In this document: positions 10,176 to 18,008 of the stretch, piece after piece | How the letters are laid out: each line of letters begins with the position of its first letter | Numbering within the stretch: the stretch's first letter is position 1 | Assembly: GCA_937898625.1 (NCBI GenBank) | Contig: CALEJF010000040.1 | Coordinates: forward strand, 11,278-75,277 | Direction: 5' to 3' | Length of the DNA stretch: 64,000 nucleotides | DNA from: an uncultured Clostridia bacterium | GTDB lineage: Bacteria; Bacillota; Clostridia; Oscillospirales; Acutalibacteraceae | Program-made: the position numbers and the translations under genes | Notes under the pieces: model-generated | Told to the model about the DNA's origin: nothing | Database searches by the model: none | The model's input: only the letters and a program-made list of their open reading frames with translations

Positions 10176-10787
10176 TTATTTAACTTTTTTAATCATTTCT
10201 TTACATATTTCTACTATTTTAAATCTGAATGAATATCTCTTCGAGTTGGTAACTATATGCATTTCTTCCTCGTTTAAAACATCTTCTATTTTTACATCAT
10301 CATTTGCAGCGGGTAAGCACATTGGCGGAAACATTACACACCACCAGTTTTTGCCCTTACCTTCCCCTATTACAACCTTAACTGCTGTATATTCACCTGC
10401 AGGTAAGGCAATTGAGTTGTCATATACTCTTGTTTTAAAATATTCTTTTGCGACATAGATATTAACATCATAGTTAAAACCGTTTTCTCTAATAGTTTTG
10501 AGTGCAGCTTTTTCTAATTTATTTATATTGGGTATAATCTTTTCTTCCGCATCACTTGCTGTAAGACTTCCATCAAAAAGTTCTTTTCCTTCTTTAAGAA
10601 CTGCATTACGAACTTTTAATTTTAATTCTTGGTCAAAATTCTCGTCTGAATTCGCTATAACATGCATTCTTAAAACCTTGTTCCTAATCTCATCACACTG
10701 CTTTGAAAATCCTGCAAAACTAAGCATATTTGCAATAAGTACAGCAATTAAAACTGATATCTCTATTCTAACTATTGTTTTTTTCAT
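10176..10787 (-). CDS. spoIIR: Stage II sporulation protein R
   Basis: N-terminal TM/signal segment, RMHVIANSD, and WWCVMFPPMC, which are typical of SpoIIR. Confidence 0.88.
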   Translation of the reverse strand: MKKTIVRIEISVLIAVLIANMLSFAGFSKQCDEIRNKVLRMHVIANSDENFDQELKLKVRNAVLKEGKELFDGSLTASDAEEKIIPNINKLEKAALKTIRENGFNYDVNIYVAKEYFKTRVYDNSIALPAGEYTAVKVVIGEGKGKNWWCVMFPPMCLPAANDDVKIEDVLNEEEMHIVTNSKRYSFRFKIVEICKEMIKKVK

Positions 10788-10835
10788 AAAATCACTCCTT
10801 GTAAAAGGAGTTTGGACAAGAAAAATTTAGTATAA

Positions 10836-10863
10836 ACAAAAAAGTCCTGACATAATGTCAGGA
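10836..10863 (-). terminator. Rho-independent terminator downstream of the structured RNA
   Basis: On the minus strand: TCCTGAC-ATTAT-GTCAGGA followed by CTTTTTTG. Confidence 0.75.
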
Positions 10864-10918
10864 TTTTCAAATTACAGTGTTATTCCATCTATAATGGAAT
10901 AATCTTCATATCAGTGTC

Positions 10919-11101
10919 CCCCGCAAAGTCGGTTGCGGTGAATACTAACCTGCATGTTAAGCAGGTGGGTGCTCTCCGTTCATATCTGTGCTCCCTTCTT
11001 CCGTCAAATGACGGGAGGTCTGCTCCCAATGAAATCGAGTAAAAGCTCCCTTTAATAGTGTGTTGGGTTAATATCGTCCGCAGTTGTCGGGCTTCGCAGG
11101 G
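10919..11101 (-). ncRNA. ssrS: Rod-shaped structured RNA, probable 6S RNA (ends approximate)
   Basis: This 183-nt GC-enriched island lies in a non-coding gap. Hand folding gives a 10-bp closing stem (CCCUGCGAAG/CUUUGCGGGG), then UGCGG/CCGCA and a 9-bp helix AUAUUAACC/GGUUAGUAU. A large central bubble follows (5' side CAACACACUAUUAAA; 3' side contains the hairpin ACCUGC-UUAACA-GCAGGU, which competes with the flanking helix). An irregular apical stem completes the fold. The 3' half (AUAUGAACGG...ACCUGCUU..GCAGG) resembles my recollection of B. subtilis 6S-1. A terminator follows. Confidence 0.55.
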
Positions 11102-11130
11102 TAATAATATTCTATTATTTAAAAATAAAA

Positions 11131-11427
11131 TTATTCTTCGTCAAATGAAAATAATTCTGATAATCTTTCTTCAAAAATCTTACCAATTTCATTGAACTCG
11201 TTATCATCTTCAATCGGCTCTAAATATGTTTCTCCATCCTCTTCGCAAACCTTGAGAATAATAAGCTCACCATCGTCATCAAGGATTTCTTCTGCCTCAT
11301 CATAAACAGGAAGAAGAGCTACATATTTTGCAGTATCTGTTTCGATTCTGTCAAGTTCTTCAAAAACATGTTCAACGCCATTTTCGTCAATTACTGACAC
11401 AAGGTCAGGATTAAACTCTTCGCTCAT
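11131..11427 (-). CDS. DUF1292 family small acidic protein
   Basis: 98 aa. The block VIDENGVEHVFEELDRIE...KYVALLP is typical of DUF1292 (YrzB-like). Confidence 0.75.
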   Translation of the reverse strand: MSEEFNPDLVSVIDENGVEHVFEELDRIETDTAKYVALLPVYDEAEEILDDDGELIILKVCEEDGETYLEPIEDDNEFNEIGKIFEERLSELFSFDEE

Positions 11428-11450
11428 TTTATAATCTCCTTTTTCTTTAA

Positions 11451-12119
11451 TTACAATACATAAACACCTGATTCAAGAACAACAATTTCTTTACCGCAGG
11501 AGCGTAAATACTTATAAACAGGCTCGTCAAAAATTCTGAAATCATTTACAGAATAATCTTTAAGGCTTATGGTTCTCACCTTTTGTGAGTCTGCATTACA
11601 AACAAATAATTCATCATCATATTTTGAAATTGCAACAGGCTTCTGAAATGATGTTGATTGTGCAGAACCAATTCTCATACTAAATTTTTTATGAGAAATT
11701 GAGTAATTAACTACACAATTCTTTTCAGGCACAACACTCCAAATCTGATTACCATCGGCAACTGCACCTGAAATCTCACTACCCTGATAATTCAAATCAC
11801 TTGACCATACCATTTCGCCATCAGGTGAGAAAATTCCTGTTTCACCGCTGTTATAAACCACAACAACATATTTGTTAGGAAGAATATCTGCATCACAGGA
11901 AACATAATCTCCAAGTTGCTCTGCTATTTTTTTGTATTCGGGACCATATTTATTAAGAAGATAAACACTTTTGGTCACGGGAGTATTTTGCATTCTTTTT
12001 ATATCGTATCCGTAGAAACTTACCTTAACAGACCCATTTTCAAGTACTGTCTTTTTTGTGTAAATGATACCGTTTGAGAATGCGATGATATCGTAAACCG
12101 AATCAACAATTTTCTGCAT
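11451..12119 (-). CDS. Hypothetical protein (beta-rich, possibly propeller-like)
   Basis: Long ORF. The start was set at MQKIVDSV, 4 nt after GGTGA. I recognise no family motif. Confidence 0.55.
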   Translation of the reverse strand: MQKIVDSVYDIIAFSNGIIYTKKTVLENGSVKVSFYGYDIKRMQNTPVTKSVYLLNKYGPEYKKIAEQLGDYVSCDADILPNKYVVVVYNSGETGIFSPDGEMVWSSDLNYQGSEISGAVADGNQIWSVVPEKNCVVNYSISHKKFSMRIGSAQSTSFQKPVAISKYDDELFVCNADSQKVRTISLKDYSVNDFRIFDEPVYKYLRSCGKEIVVLESGVYVL

Positions 12120-12209
12120 AAAATCACCGCTGAATATATAAAAATAAGATTTGTTTAGTATTAGCACACAATATTATACTATTATTTCTTCAAACGGTCA
12201 ATAAATAAA

Positions 12210-12377
12210 TCAATTATTTTGTCTTAATTTGTTCTTACAGTTTTTTTCATTATTTATGCATTTTGTATTTGTACAGACCGTCTTCTTGCTTCCGTCTTCA
12301 AAAAATAATTCTTCAAAAACAACATTTTCCCCAATGTGAGTACAGTATTGTTCATAAGTAAACTTTGTAACCGTCAT
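12210..12377 (-). CDS. Small hypothetical protein with four Cys (55 aa)
   Basis: Strong RBS GGGGGGAAACAAATG. Sequence MTVTKFTYEQYCTHIG...CTNTKCINNEKNC. The tracked ORF extension upstream has no RBS. Confidence 0.5.
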   Translation of the reverse strand: MTVTKFTYEQYCTHIGENVVFEELFFEDGSKKTVCTNTKCINNEKNCKNKLRQNN

Positions 12378-12476
12378 TTGTTTCCCCCCCTTATTCTTTA
12401 TTATATTCGCAGAGGAATATTTTAAGCTTGTTTCTAATAAAAATATTATGTCCAATATTTTAATAGGAGTGAAAAA

Positions 12477-12740
12477 ATGAGTTCGGCAAAAGTTTTTTTA
12501 GGAATGATTTTTACATTATATATAATTGTTATTTTTATTGCTCACATTAAATCAAAAAAGTTTTTTGTTTCTGTTTTTCTTACAGCATTACAAGGGCTTT
12601 GTGCACTGTTTGCTGTTAATCTGTTAGGCAAATACATAGCCATACATATTCCTGTAAATTATTGGACACTTGGTGTATCTTCTGTCGGTGGAATATCGGG
12701 GGTTATAATGATGTTGTTGTGTGATGTTTTTATGTGTTAA
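12477..12740 (+). CDS. bofA: Pro-sigma-K processing inhibitor BofA
   Basis: 87 aa with two TM segments. LLGKYIAIHIPVNYWTLGVSSVGGISGVIMMLL aligns with the conserved BofA core (G..GIH.P.N......G.LG.PG). Confidence 0.8.
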   Translation: MSSAKVFLGMIFTLYIIVIFIAHIKSKKFFVSVFLTALQGLCALFAVNLLGKYIAIHIPVNYWTLGVSSVGGISGVIMMLLCDVFMC

Positions 12741-12884
12741 AAGTTTCATATCAATATTTTAAGTCACAATTAAAATTTGTGGCTTTATTATTTATTAAAC
12801 ACTTTACTATTTTTATGTTCTGTGTTAAAATAATAACAATAATGTGTAAAATTTTGTTTTGTTTTGTAAAACGAGGTTTTTGTT

Positions 12885-13535
12885 ATGGAAATATTTTCAA
12901 ATTTTGTTGAAATACTTGGTGTAATTGCGTTTTCAATTTCCGGTGCTATGGTTGCCATAAGAAGAAAAACCGACCTTTTTGGTGTTATACTTCTTGCGAT
13001 TATTACTGCTCACGGTGGAGGACTTACAAGGGACATTGTTTTCAGTTTCTCCCCTCCTGCAATCTTTGGATTAAAGTACTATATTCTAATTTCAACCGTA
13101 GTTGCGGTTATTGTTTTTCTCTTTGCAAGAAAATTCAGCCACACATATTTGGAAAACGAATTAAGAATAGAACATATTAACGATGTTTTTGACGCATTGG
13201 GACTTGGCGTTTTCGCGGTAATAGGTGTTAAAGTGGGAATTGAACAGGGGCATTACGGACATGCATTGATTTGTATTACTTGCGGACTTTTAACAGGTAT
13301 TTGCGGTGGTATGCTTCGTGATGTTCTTACAAACTATACTCCATTTGTGTTGGTAAAACGAATTTATGCTGTTGCTGCATTAGCAGGCGCATCAGTATAT
13401 TATATACTATACATATACGGCTCAGCAATCCATATAAACGAAACTTTTGCAATCATCATTGGTGTTGCCGTTACATTTATATTGAGAATTCTTGCTATGA
13501 CATTTAAATGGAATATGCCGATAGCGATTAAGTAG
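12885..13535 (+). CDS. TRIC-type (UPF0126/YadS) trimeric cation channel family membrane protein
   Basis: 216 aa. Internal duplication with GGGLTRD and CGGMLRD glycine-rich motifs in TM2/TM5. Confidence 0.8.
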   Translation: MEIFSNFVEILGVIAFSISGAMVAIRRKTDLFGVILLAIITAHGGGLTRDIVFSFSPPAIFGLKYYILISTVVAVIVFLFARKFSHTYLENELRIEHINDVFDALGLGVFAVIGVKVGIEQGHYGHALICITCGLLTGICGGMLRDVLTNYTPFVLVKRIYAVAALAGASVYYILYIYGSAIHINETFAIIIGVAVTFILRILAMTFKWNMPIAIK

Positions 13536-13544
13536 GGTGATAAA

Positions 13545-14309
13545 ATGAAAGGAAATGCAACTATTATTGCAGTTGCAGGTAAAGGTGGTGTTGGCAAAAC
13601 ATCGCTTTCTGCAACAATTGTCAGATGTCTTGTTGAAAAATATCCTGACAAGAAAATTTTAGCAATTGACGCTGACCCTGCTGTTGGACTTTCAACTGCA
13701 TTGGGAATTGATGTAAAGCTTACAATTGATGACATAAGAAAAGAGATTATTGCATCCGTTGACGAGGGTGACACTAGAACTGCTATTGAACTTTTAGGTG
13801 AAGCGAAATACAGAATTTTTGATGCACTTGTTGAAACAGACGGATATTCATTTATTGCAGTTGGTCGTCCTGAAACTGCAGGATGCTATTGCAAAATAAA
13901 TTCATATTTAAAGGAAGTCATTTCAATTCTTTCAAACGAATTTGATTATGTTGTTATTGACGGTGAAGCGGGAATTGAACAGATAAATCGTCGTGTTATG
14001 GAAAAAGTTACTCACCTTCTTCTTATTACTGACCCAAGTAAAAAAGGCGGTCAGGTTATAAACACAATAAAATCTGTTGCAGACGAGCTTGTTATGTATG
14101 AAAAAATCGGTGTAATTATAAACCGTATGGCAGATGAAAGTCTTAAAGATTACATCAACACAAATGGTATTCCTGTATTGAGTTATATCGAGGATGATAA
14201 AAACTTATCGGTATTTGATATTAAAGGAGAAAATATTTTTAATCTTCCTGCGGAATCAAATGTTGTAATTGGGGTTAAAAAAGCACTTAATGAGATTGGG
14301 GTTGTTTAA
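13545..14309 (+). CDS. CooC/AcsF-type P-loop ATPase (MinD/ParA superfamily, Ni-insertion accessory type)
   Basis: Deviant Walker A AGKGGVGKTS, IDADP, and the CooC-specific metal-binding G-C-x-C motif (ETAGCYCKINS). It starts 9 nt after the TRIC gene. Confidence 0.8.
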   Translation: MKGNATIIAVAGKGGVGKTSLSATIVRCLVEKYPDKKILAIDADPAVGLSTALGIDVKLTIDDIRKEIIASVDEGDTRTAIELLGEAKYRIFDALVETDGYSFIAVGRPETAGCYCKINSYLKEVISILSNEFDYVVIDGEAGIEQINRRVMEKVTHLLLITDPSKKGGQVINTIKSVADELVMYEKIGVIINRMADESLKDYINTNGIPVLSYIEDDKNLSVFDIKGENIFNLPAESNVVIGVKKALNEIGVV

Positions 14310-15515
14310 ATGAAAGATTTAAAACATTTAATCTATTTTGAAAACTTGTTGCAAGAGGCAAATAACGACCTCGTAAAGCAAGCAACAGGCGAAGGTAAAC
14401 TTGCTATTGCCTACACTTGCTATCACATTCCGGAAGTTTTGCTTAATCTTGACAACTGTTTTTCAGTAAGACTTAGAGCACCACGAACAGGCTCAATGGA
14501 TATTGCTACATACTATATGAGTTCATTCCTTTGTGGTTATTCAAAAGCAATTCTTGAACGCGGTATTGAGGGTGGATATAATTTCCTTTCTGCTCTTATG
14601 GGGTCAGAGACCTGTTCAGAAATGAATCGTACATACGAGCATTTTGAATTGCTTAACCTTGTTCCAAACGACAAATTCTTTGTAAGCTTTGTTGATTCAC
14701 CATTCAAAATTGAAAAGCACACAGTAAAACACTACGCTAATCAGTTGAGAATTAAAGTTCTTGATAAATTACAAGAAGTTTACGGTGTTGATACAAGTGA
14801 CGAGGCATTAAGAAAAGCCGTAGAAGAGCATAACGAGATTTGTCGACTTATTACTGAAATCGGTGAATACAGAAAAGAAGAAAACCCAAGAATTACAGGT
14901 TATGAATTCCATGTTCTTTGTGTTGCAACATATTGCTGTCCAAAATATTTAATTCTTGATAAACTTCGTGAAACTGCAGAAGAATTAAAGACAAGAGAGC
15001 CTGATGCTAAAAAGAATTACCGAGCAAAAATTGTTGTTGTAGGCTCTGAAATGGACGACCCTGACTTTACAAAACTCATTGAAGACAGTGGTGCATTGGT
15101 TGTTGCTGACCGTTTCTGTTTCGGCTCAATGCCAGGTAGAGAAGAAATTGTTTTGAATGACGAAGACGATGTTCTTACACAGATTGCACTTCACTATATG
15201 AAGACAAGCCAATGCCCAAGATATATGAGTCACGAAAAGGTTCAGGAAAGACGTGACTATGTTAAAGAATTGGTTGATACATACCACGCAGATGGTGTTA
15301 TGTATGAACAGATTAAATTCTGCGAGTATTGGGGTTACGAGCGTGCCCTTGCTTCCTATGTTATGAGTGGTGATTATGGTGTACCAACTGCTGCAGTTGA
15401 CCGTCAGTATACCGCATCTGCATCAGGACAGCTTCGTACCCGTGTTCAGGCTTTTGTTGAAAGCCTCGAAATTAAGAAAATCCAAAAAGCAAAGGAGATG
15501 AGAGAAAATGGATAA
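14310..15515 (+). CDS. 2-hydroxyacyl-CoA dehydratase / benzoyl-CoA reductase family subunit (HgdB/BcrC-like, 401 aa)
   Basis: HGD-D family pattern: AYTCYHIPEV near the N-terminus, SETCSEMNR, GSEMDDPD...ADRFCFG, and KFCEYWGYE. The ATG directly abuts the CooC stop (TAAATG). Confidence 0.8.
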   Translation: MKDLKHLIYFENLLQEANNDLVKQATGEGKLAIAYTCYHIPEVLLNLDNCFSVRLRAPRTGSMDIATYYMSSFLCGYSKAILERGIEGGYNFLSALMGSETCSEMNRTYEHFELLNLVPNDKFFVSFVDSPFKIEKHTVKHYANQLRIKVLDKLQEVYGVDTSDEALRKAVEEHNEICRLITEIGEYRKEENPRITGYEFHVLCVATYCCPKYLILDKLRETAEELKTREPDAKKNYRAKIVVVGSEMDDPDFTKLIEDSGALVVADRFCFGSMPGREEIVLNDEDDVLTQIALHYMKTSQCPRYMSHEKVQERRDYVKELVDTYHADGVMYEQIKFCEYWGYERALASYVMSGDYGVPTAAVDRQYTASASGQLRTRVQAFVESLEIKKIQKAKEMRENG

Positions 15516-17037
15516 TTATGGTAAGCTTTACAAGGAGCATACTGCCATACTAAAACATCGCGAATGGCGTGGTTTTAAAGACACAATGTACGATTACTAC
15601 CGTTGGCTTGTTACATGGAAAGACATTATTAAAATGGCGCTTAAAGCTCCTGTTTCAACAGTAAAAGGTATTTGGAGATATCGTTGGATGGCATCCTATC
15701 TCTCTGCTCCGTCATTTATTGACCGTCATGTTGCAGGGCTTCGTGGTCCACAACTTCGTATGGCTCATTTGCATTATAATATGATTGTTAAGCATACGAC
15801 GGATATGATTAACTTATCATTAAAGGCTGACGAAAAAATCAATCCAAACAACAAACTCTCAAAGAGAATTGTTTTAATGGATGAAATTGTTCCAAATGAA
15901 ATCTTTACAGGTTTTCCAAATCTTATTCCCGTACCATTACAGACATTACCAATTTTCCTTGCTTCAATGGTTGACCAGCAGATTACACCACCTTATCTTG
16001 AGGTTGTTGAAAGTTTTGGTGTTCCTGCTGATGTTTGTCCCCTTCCAAGTGCTGAAGCAGGTGTTGCTATTGAAGACGATTACCCCAAAATGGGTTGTTG
16101 TATGATTGGTACAAACATGCCTTGCGACGGCTCAATTATGAACTCATCATTCCTTGACAGAAGATTGCAGTTGCCCACACATTGTTTTGGTATTCCGCTT
16201 CGTTATAACGGAGAAGATGTTCAGGAATATGGTGTTGACGAAATCAAAGCACTTATTGAATTCATAGAAAAGCAGACCGGTGAAAAGTTTGACTGGGATG
16301 CGTATTTCAGTAGAATGAAACAGTATAACGAACAGCTTGAATATGAATTGCAGAAATGGGACATTAACCGAACTGAATACCCACAGATGACAGGTGCTTG
16401 TTTCTGGCTTTACAGAATTTTCTATTTCAACCTTTCCGGTGGTTCAAATGAGCGTTTCTTAAAGGTCGACAAAAAAGTTAATAAAATTATGATGAAAGCC
16501 TATGAAAAGAAAACTCCTGTTTCAAAGGAAATGCGTCATAGAGCAGTTGTATGGTCCTGCCCTGCTAACTACTACACAAGCTTTGCAAACTGGCTTGAAA
16601 ACTGTTGGGGCGTAAATGTTGTTATGGATATGGAAACAATGATTTCATATCTTCACATTGACACAGAAGATAAAGAACAATCCCTTAAAGACCTTGCAAA
16701 AACATATCAGCGTTCAATTATGAGAAAGCACACCAAGGGTGGTTACAAAAATGTTGTTGACGAACTTTGGAGAATAGTTGACGAATACAATGCTGATACA
16801 GTTATTATGTATGACCAGATTTCTTGTAAAGGTATGGATGGTCTTACAGGTATATTTGATGACCAGGCAAGAGAGAGAAATGTTAACTTTATCTGGGTTA
16901 AACAAGACCTTATGGACCCACGCACAATTTCCCGTCGTGAAATGCGTGACCAGGTTAACAAATATATGCAGACAGTTTTACAAGAAGAGCCACTTGACCC
17001 TTCACTTGTAGATTTTGAAGATGATTTGGCTTGGTAA
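15508..17037 (+). CDS. 2-hydroxyacyl-CoA dehydratase / benzoyl-CoA reductase family subunit (HgdA/BcrB-like, 509 aa)
   Basis: Same family (DVCPLPSAEAG, NMPCDGS, WSCPANYY, QISCKGMDG). It overlaps the preceding gene by 8 nt and AAGGAG lies upstream. It is longer than the characterised alpha subunits I recall. Confidence 0.78.
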   Translation: MDNYGKLYKEHTAILKHREWRGFKDTMYDYYRWLVTWKDIIKMALKAPVSTVKGIWRYRWMASYLSAPSFIDRHVAGLRGPQLRMAHLHYNMIVKHTTDMINLSLKADEKINPNNKLSKRIVLMDEIVPNEIFTGFPNLIPVPLQTLPIFLASMVDQQITPPYLEVVESFGVPADVCPLPSAEAGVAIEDDYPKMGCCMIGTNMPCDGSIMNSSFLDRRLQLPTHCFGIPLRYNGEDVQEYGVDEIKALIEFIEKQTGEKFDWDAYFSRMKQYNEQLEYELQKWDINRTEYPQMTGACFWLYRIFYFNLSGGSNERFLKVDKKVNKIMMKAYEKKTPVSKEMRHRAVVWSCPANYYTSFANWLENCWGVNVVMDMETMISYLHIDTEDKEQSLKDLAKTYQRSIMRKHTKGGYKNVVDELWRIVDEYNADTVIMYDQISCKGMDGLTGIFDDQARERNVNFIWVKQDLMDPRTISRREMRDQVNKYMQTVLQEEPLDPSLVDFEDDLAW

Positions 17038-17051
17038 AGGAGAAGATAAAA

Positions 17052-17852
17052 ATGAAGTATTTTGGTGGATGCGATGTTGGCTCAACATATACAAAATGTG
17101 TTATTCTTGATGAAAACGGTAATATGGTTGCCAATGTGACTAATAGAAGTAAAATAAATCCTGTTCAGAGTGCTGAAATCGCACTCCAAGATGCAGTTGC
17201 ACAAGTAGATGGACTTAACTCTGCAAAGGAACTTACATATCTTATCGGTACAGGTTACGGACGAAACAAAGTTCCTTTTGCTGACGAAAACATTTCTGAA
17301 ATCAGTTGTCACGCTATGGGCGTACATGTTACAAACCCTGAAGTTAAAGCAATTATCGATATCGGCGGTCAGGATGTTAAAGGTATTTCAATTGACACAG
17401 ACGGTACTGTTAAAAACTTTGCTATGAACGACAAATGCGCTGCAGGTACAGGCCGTTTCTATGAGGCTATGGCTAATGCTTTTGAAATGACATTACCCGA
17501 ATTCTCAAAGCTTTCACTTAATGCAAAAAACACTATTCCGATTACTGCACAGTGTACGGTTTTTGCTGAATCAGAAGTTATTTCACTTGTTGGCGAAGGT
17601 AAACCAATGGACGAAATCGCAGCGGGTATTCAGTTAGCAGTTGCAAAGCGTTGTTTTGTTATGGCTAAAAAGGCCGGTGCAGTTGACAGCATCACGCTTA
17701 CAGGTGGTTGTGCAAAGAACGATGGTCTTAAAAAGGCTATTGAAAAAGTGCTTAAAATCAATGTTGTTGAGTTAAAGACTGACCCACAACTTATGGGTGC
17801 TTTAGGTGCTGCTGAATATGCACGCCAGAAAGGTCTTGCAAAGGTGAACTAA
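17052..17852 (+). CDS. HgdC/HadI-type ATP-dependent activase (BcrAD_BadFG ATPase with bridging [4Fe-4S] Cys)
   Basis: GCDVGSTYTKC, IDIGGQD, NDKCAAGTGRF and TGGCAKN motifs. Start at ATG after AGGAG; the tracked ORF begins at an upstream TTG. Confidence 0.88.
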   Translation: MKYFGGCDVGSTYTKCVILDENGNMVANVTNRSKINPVQSAEIALQDAVAQVDGLNSAKELTYLIGTGYGRNKVPFADENISEISCHAMGVHVTNPEVKAIIDIGGQDVKGISIDTDGTVKNFAMNDKCAAGTGRFYEAMANAFEMTLPEFSKLSLNAKNTIPITAQCTVFAESEVISLVGEGKPMDEIAAGIQLAVAKRCFVMAKKAGAVDSITLTGGCAKNDGLKKAIEKVLKINVVELKTDPQLMGALGAAEYARQKGLAKVN

Positions 17853-18008
17853 ATGAATGTTATTTTAATAATTCTTGGTGTTATTCTTGCACTTTTCCTT
17901 ATAACTTTTGCAATTTACTGGTTCAATCTTGATATGAAGCTTGTAAGAGTTGTTTATGACTGGTTGCAGAAACACTACGATAAAATGAAAAGAGATAAGA
18001 AATTATAA
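17853..18008 (+). CDS. 51-aa single-pass membrane micro-protein (not in ORF track)
   Basis: My own translation: MNVILIILGVILALFLITFAIYWFNLDMKLVRVVYDWLQKHYDKMKRDKKL. RBS GGTGA lies 5 nt upstream. The ATG immediately follows the activase stop, and the micro-ORF stop overlaps the next ATG (TAATG). Confidence 0.6.
   Translation: MNVILIILGVILALFLITFAIYWFNLDMKLVRVVYDWLQKHYDKMKRDKKL

Noticed and set aside
10919-11101. Alternative identities for the structured RNA: SRP RNA, RNase P RNA, tmRNA, or a riboswitch controlling spoIIR
   Set aside because: For SRP, I found no GGAA-tetraloop domain-IV hairpin with the symmetric AGCA/GGAA loop. The RNA is far too short for RNase P and lacks GGAAAGUCC. It has no tRNA-like acceptor or T-arm and no tag ORF, which rules out tmRNA. 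It has its own terminator and then a separate spoIIR leader, which argues against a riboswitch. These alternatives remain formally open until a covariance-model search is run.
13400-13774. 124-aa minus-strand ORF spanning the TRIC/CooC junction
   Set aside because: It is antisense to two motif-supported genes, and its composition reflects the complementary strand of membrane and P-loop coding sequence.
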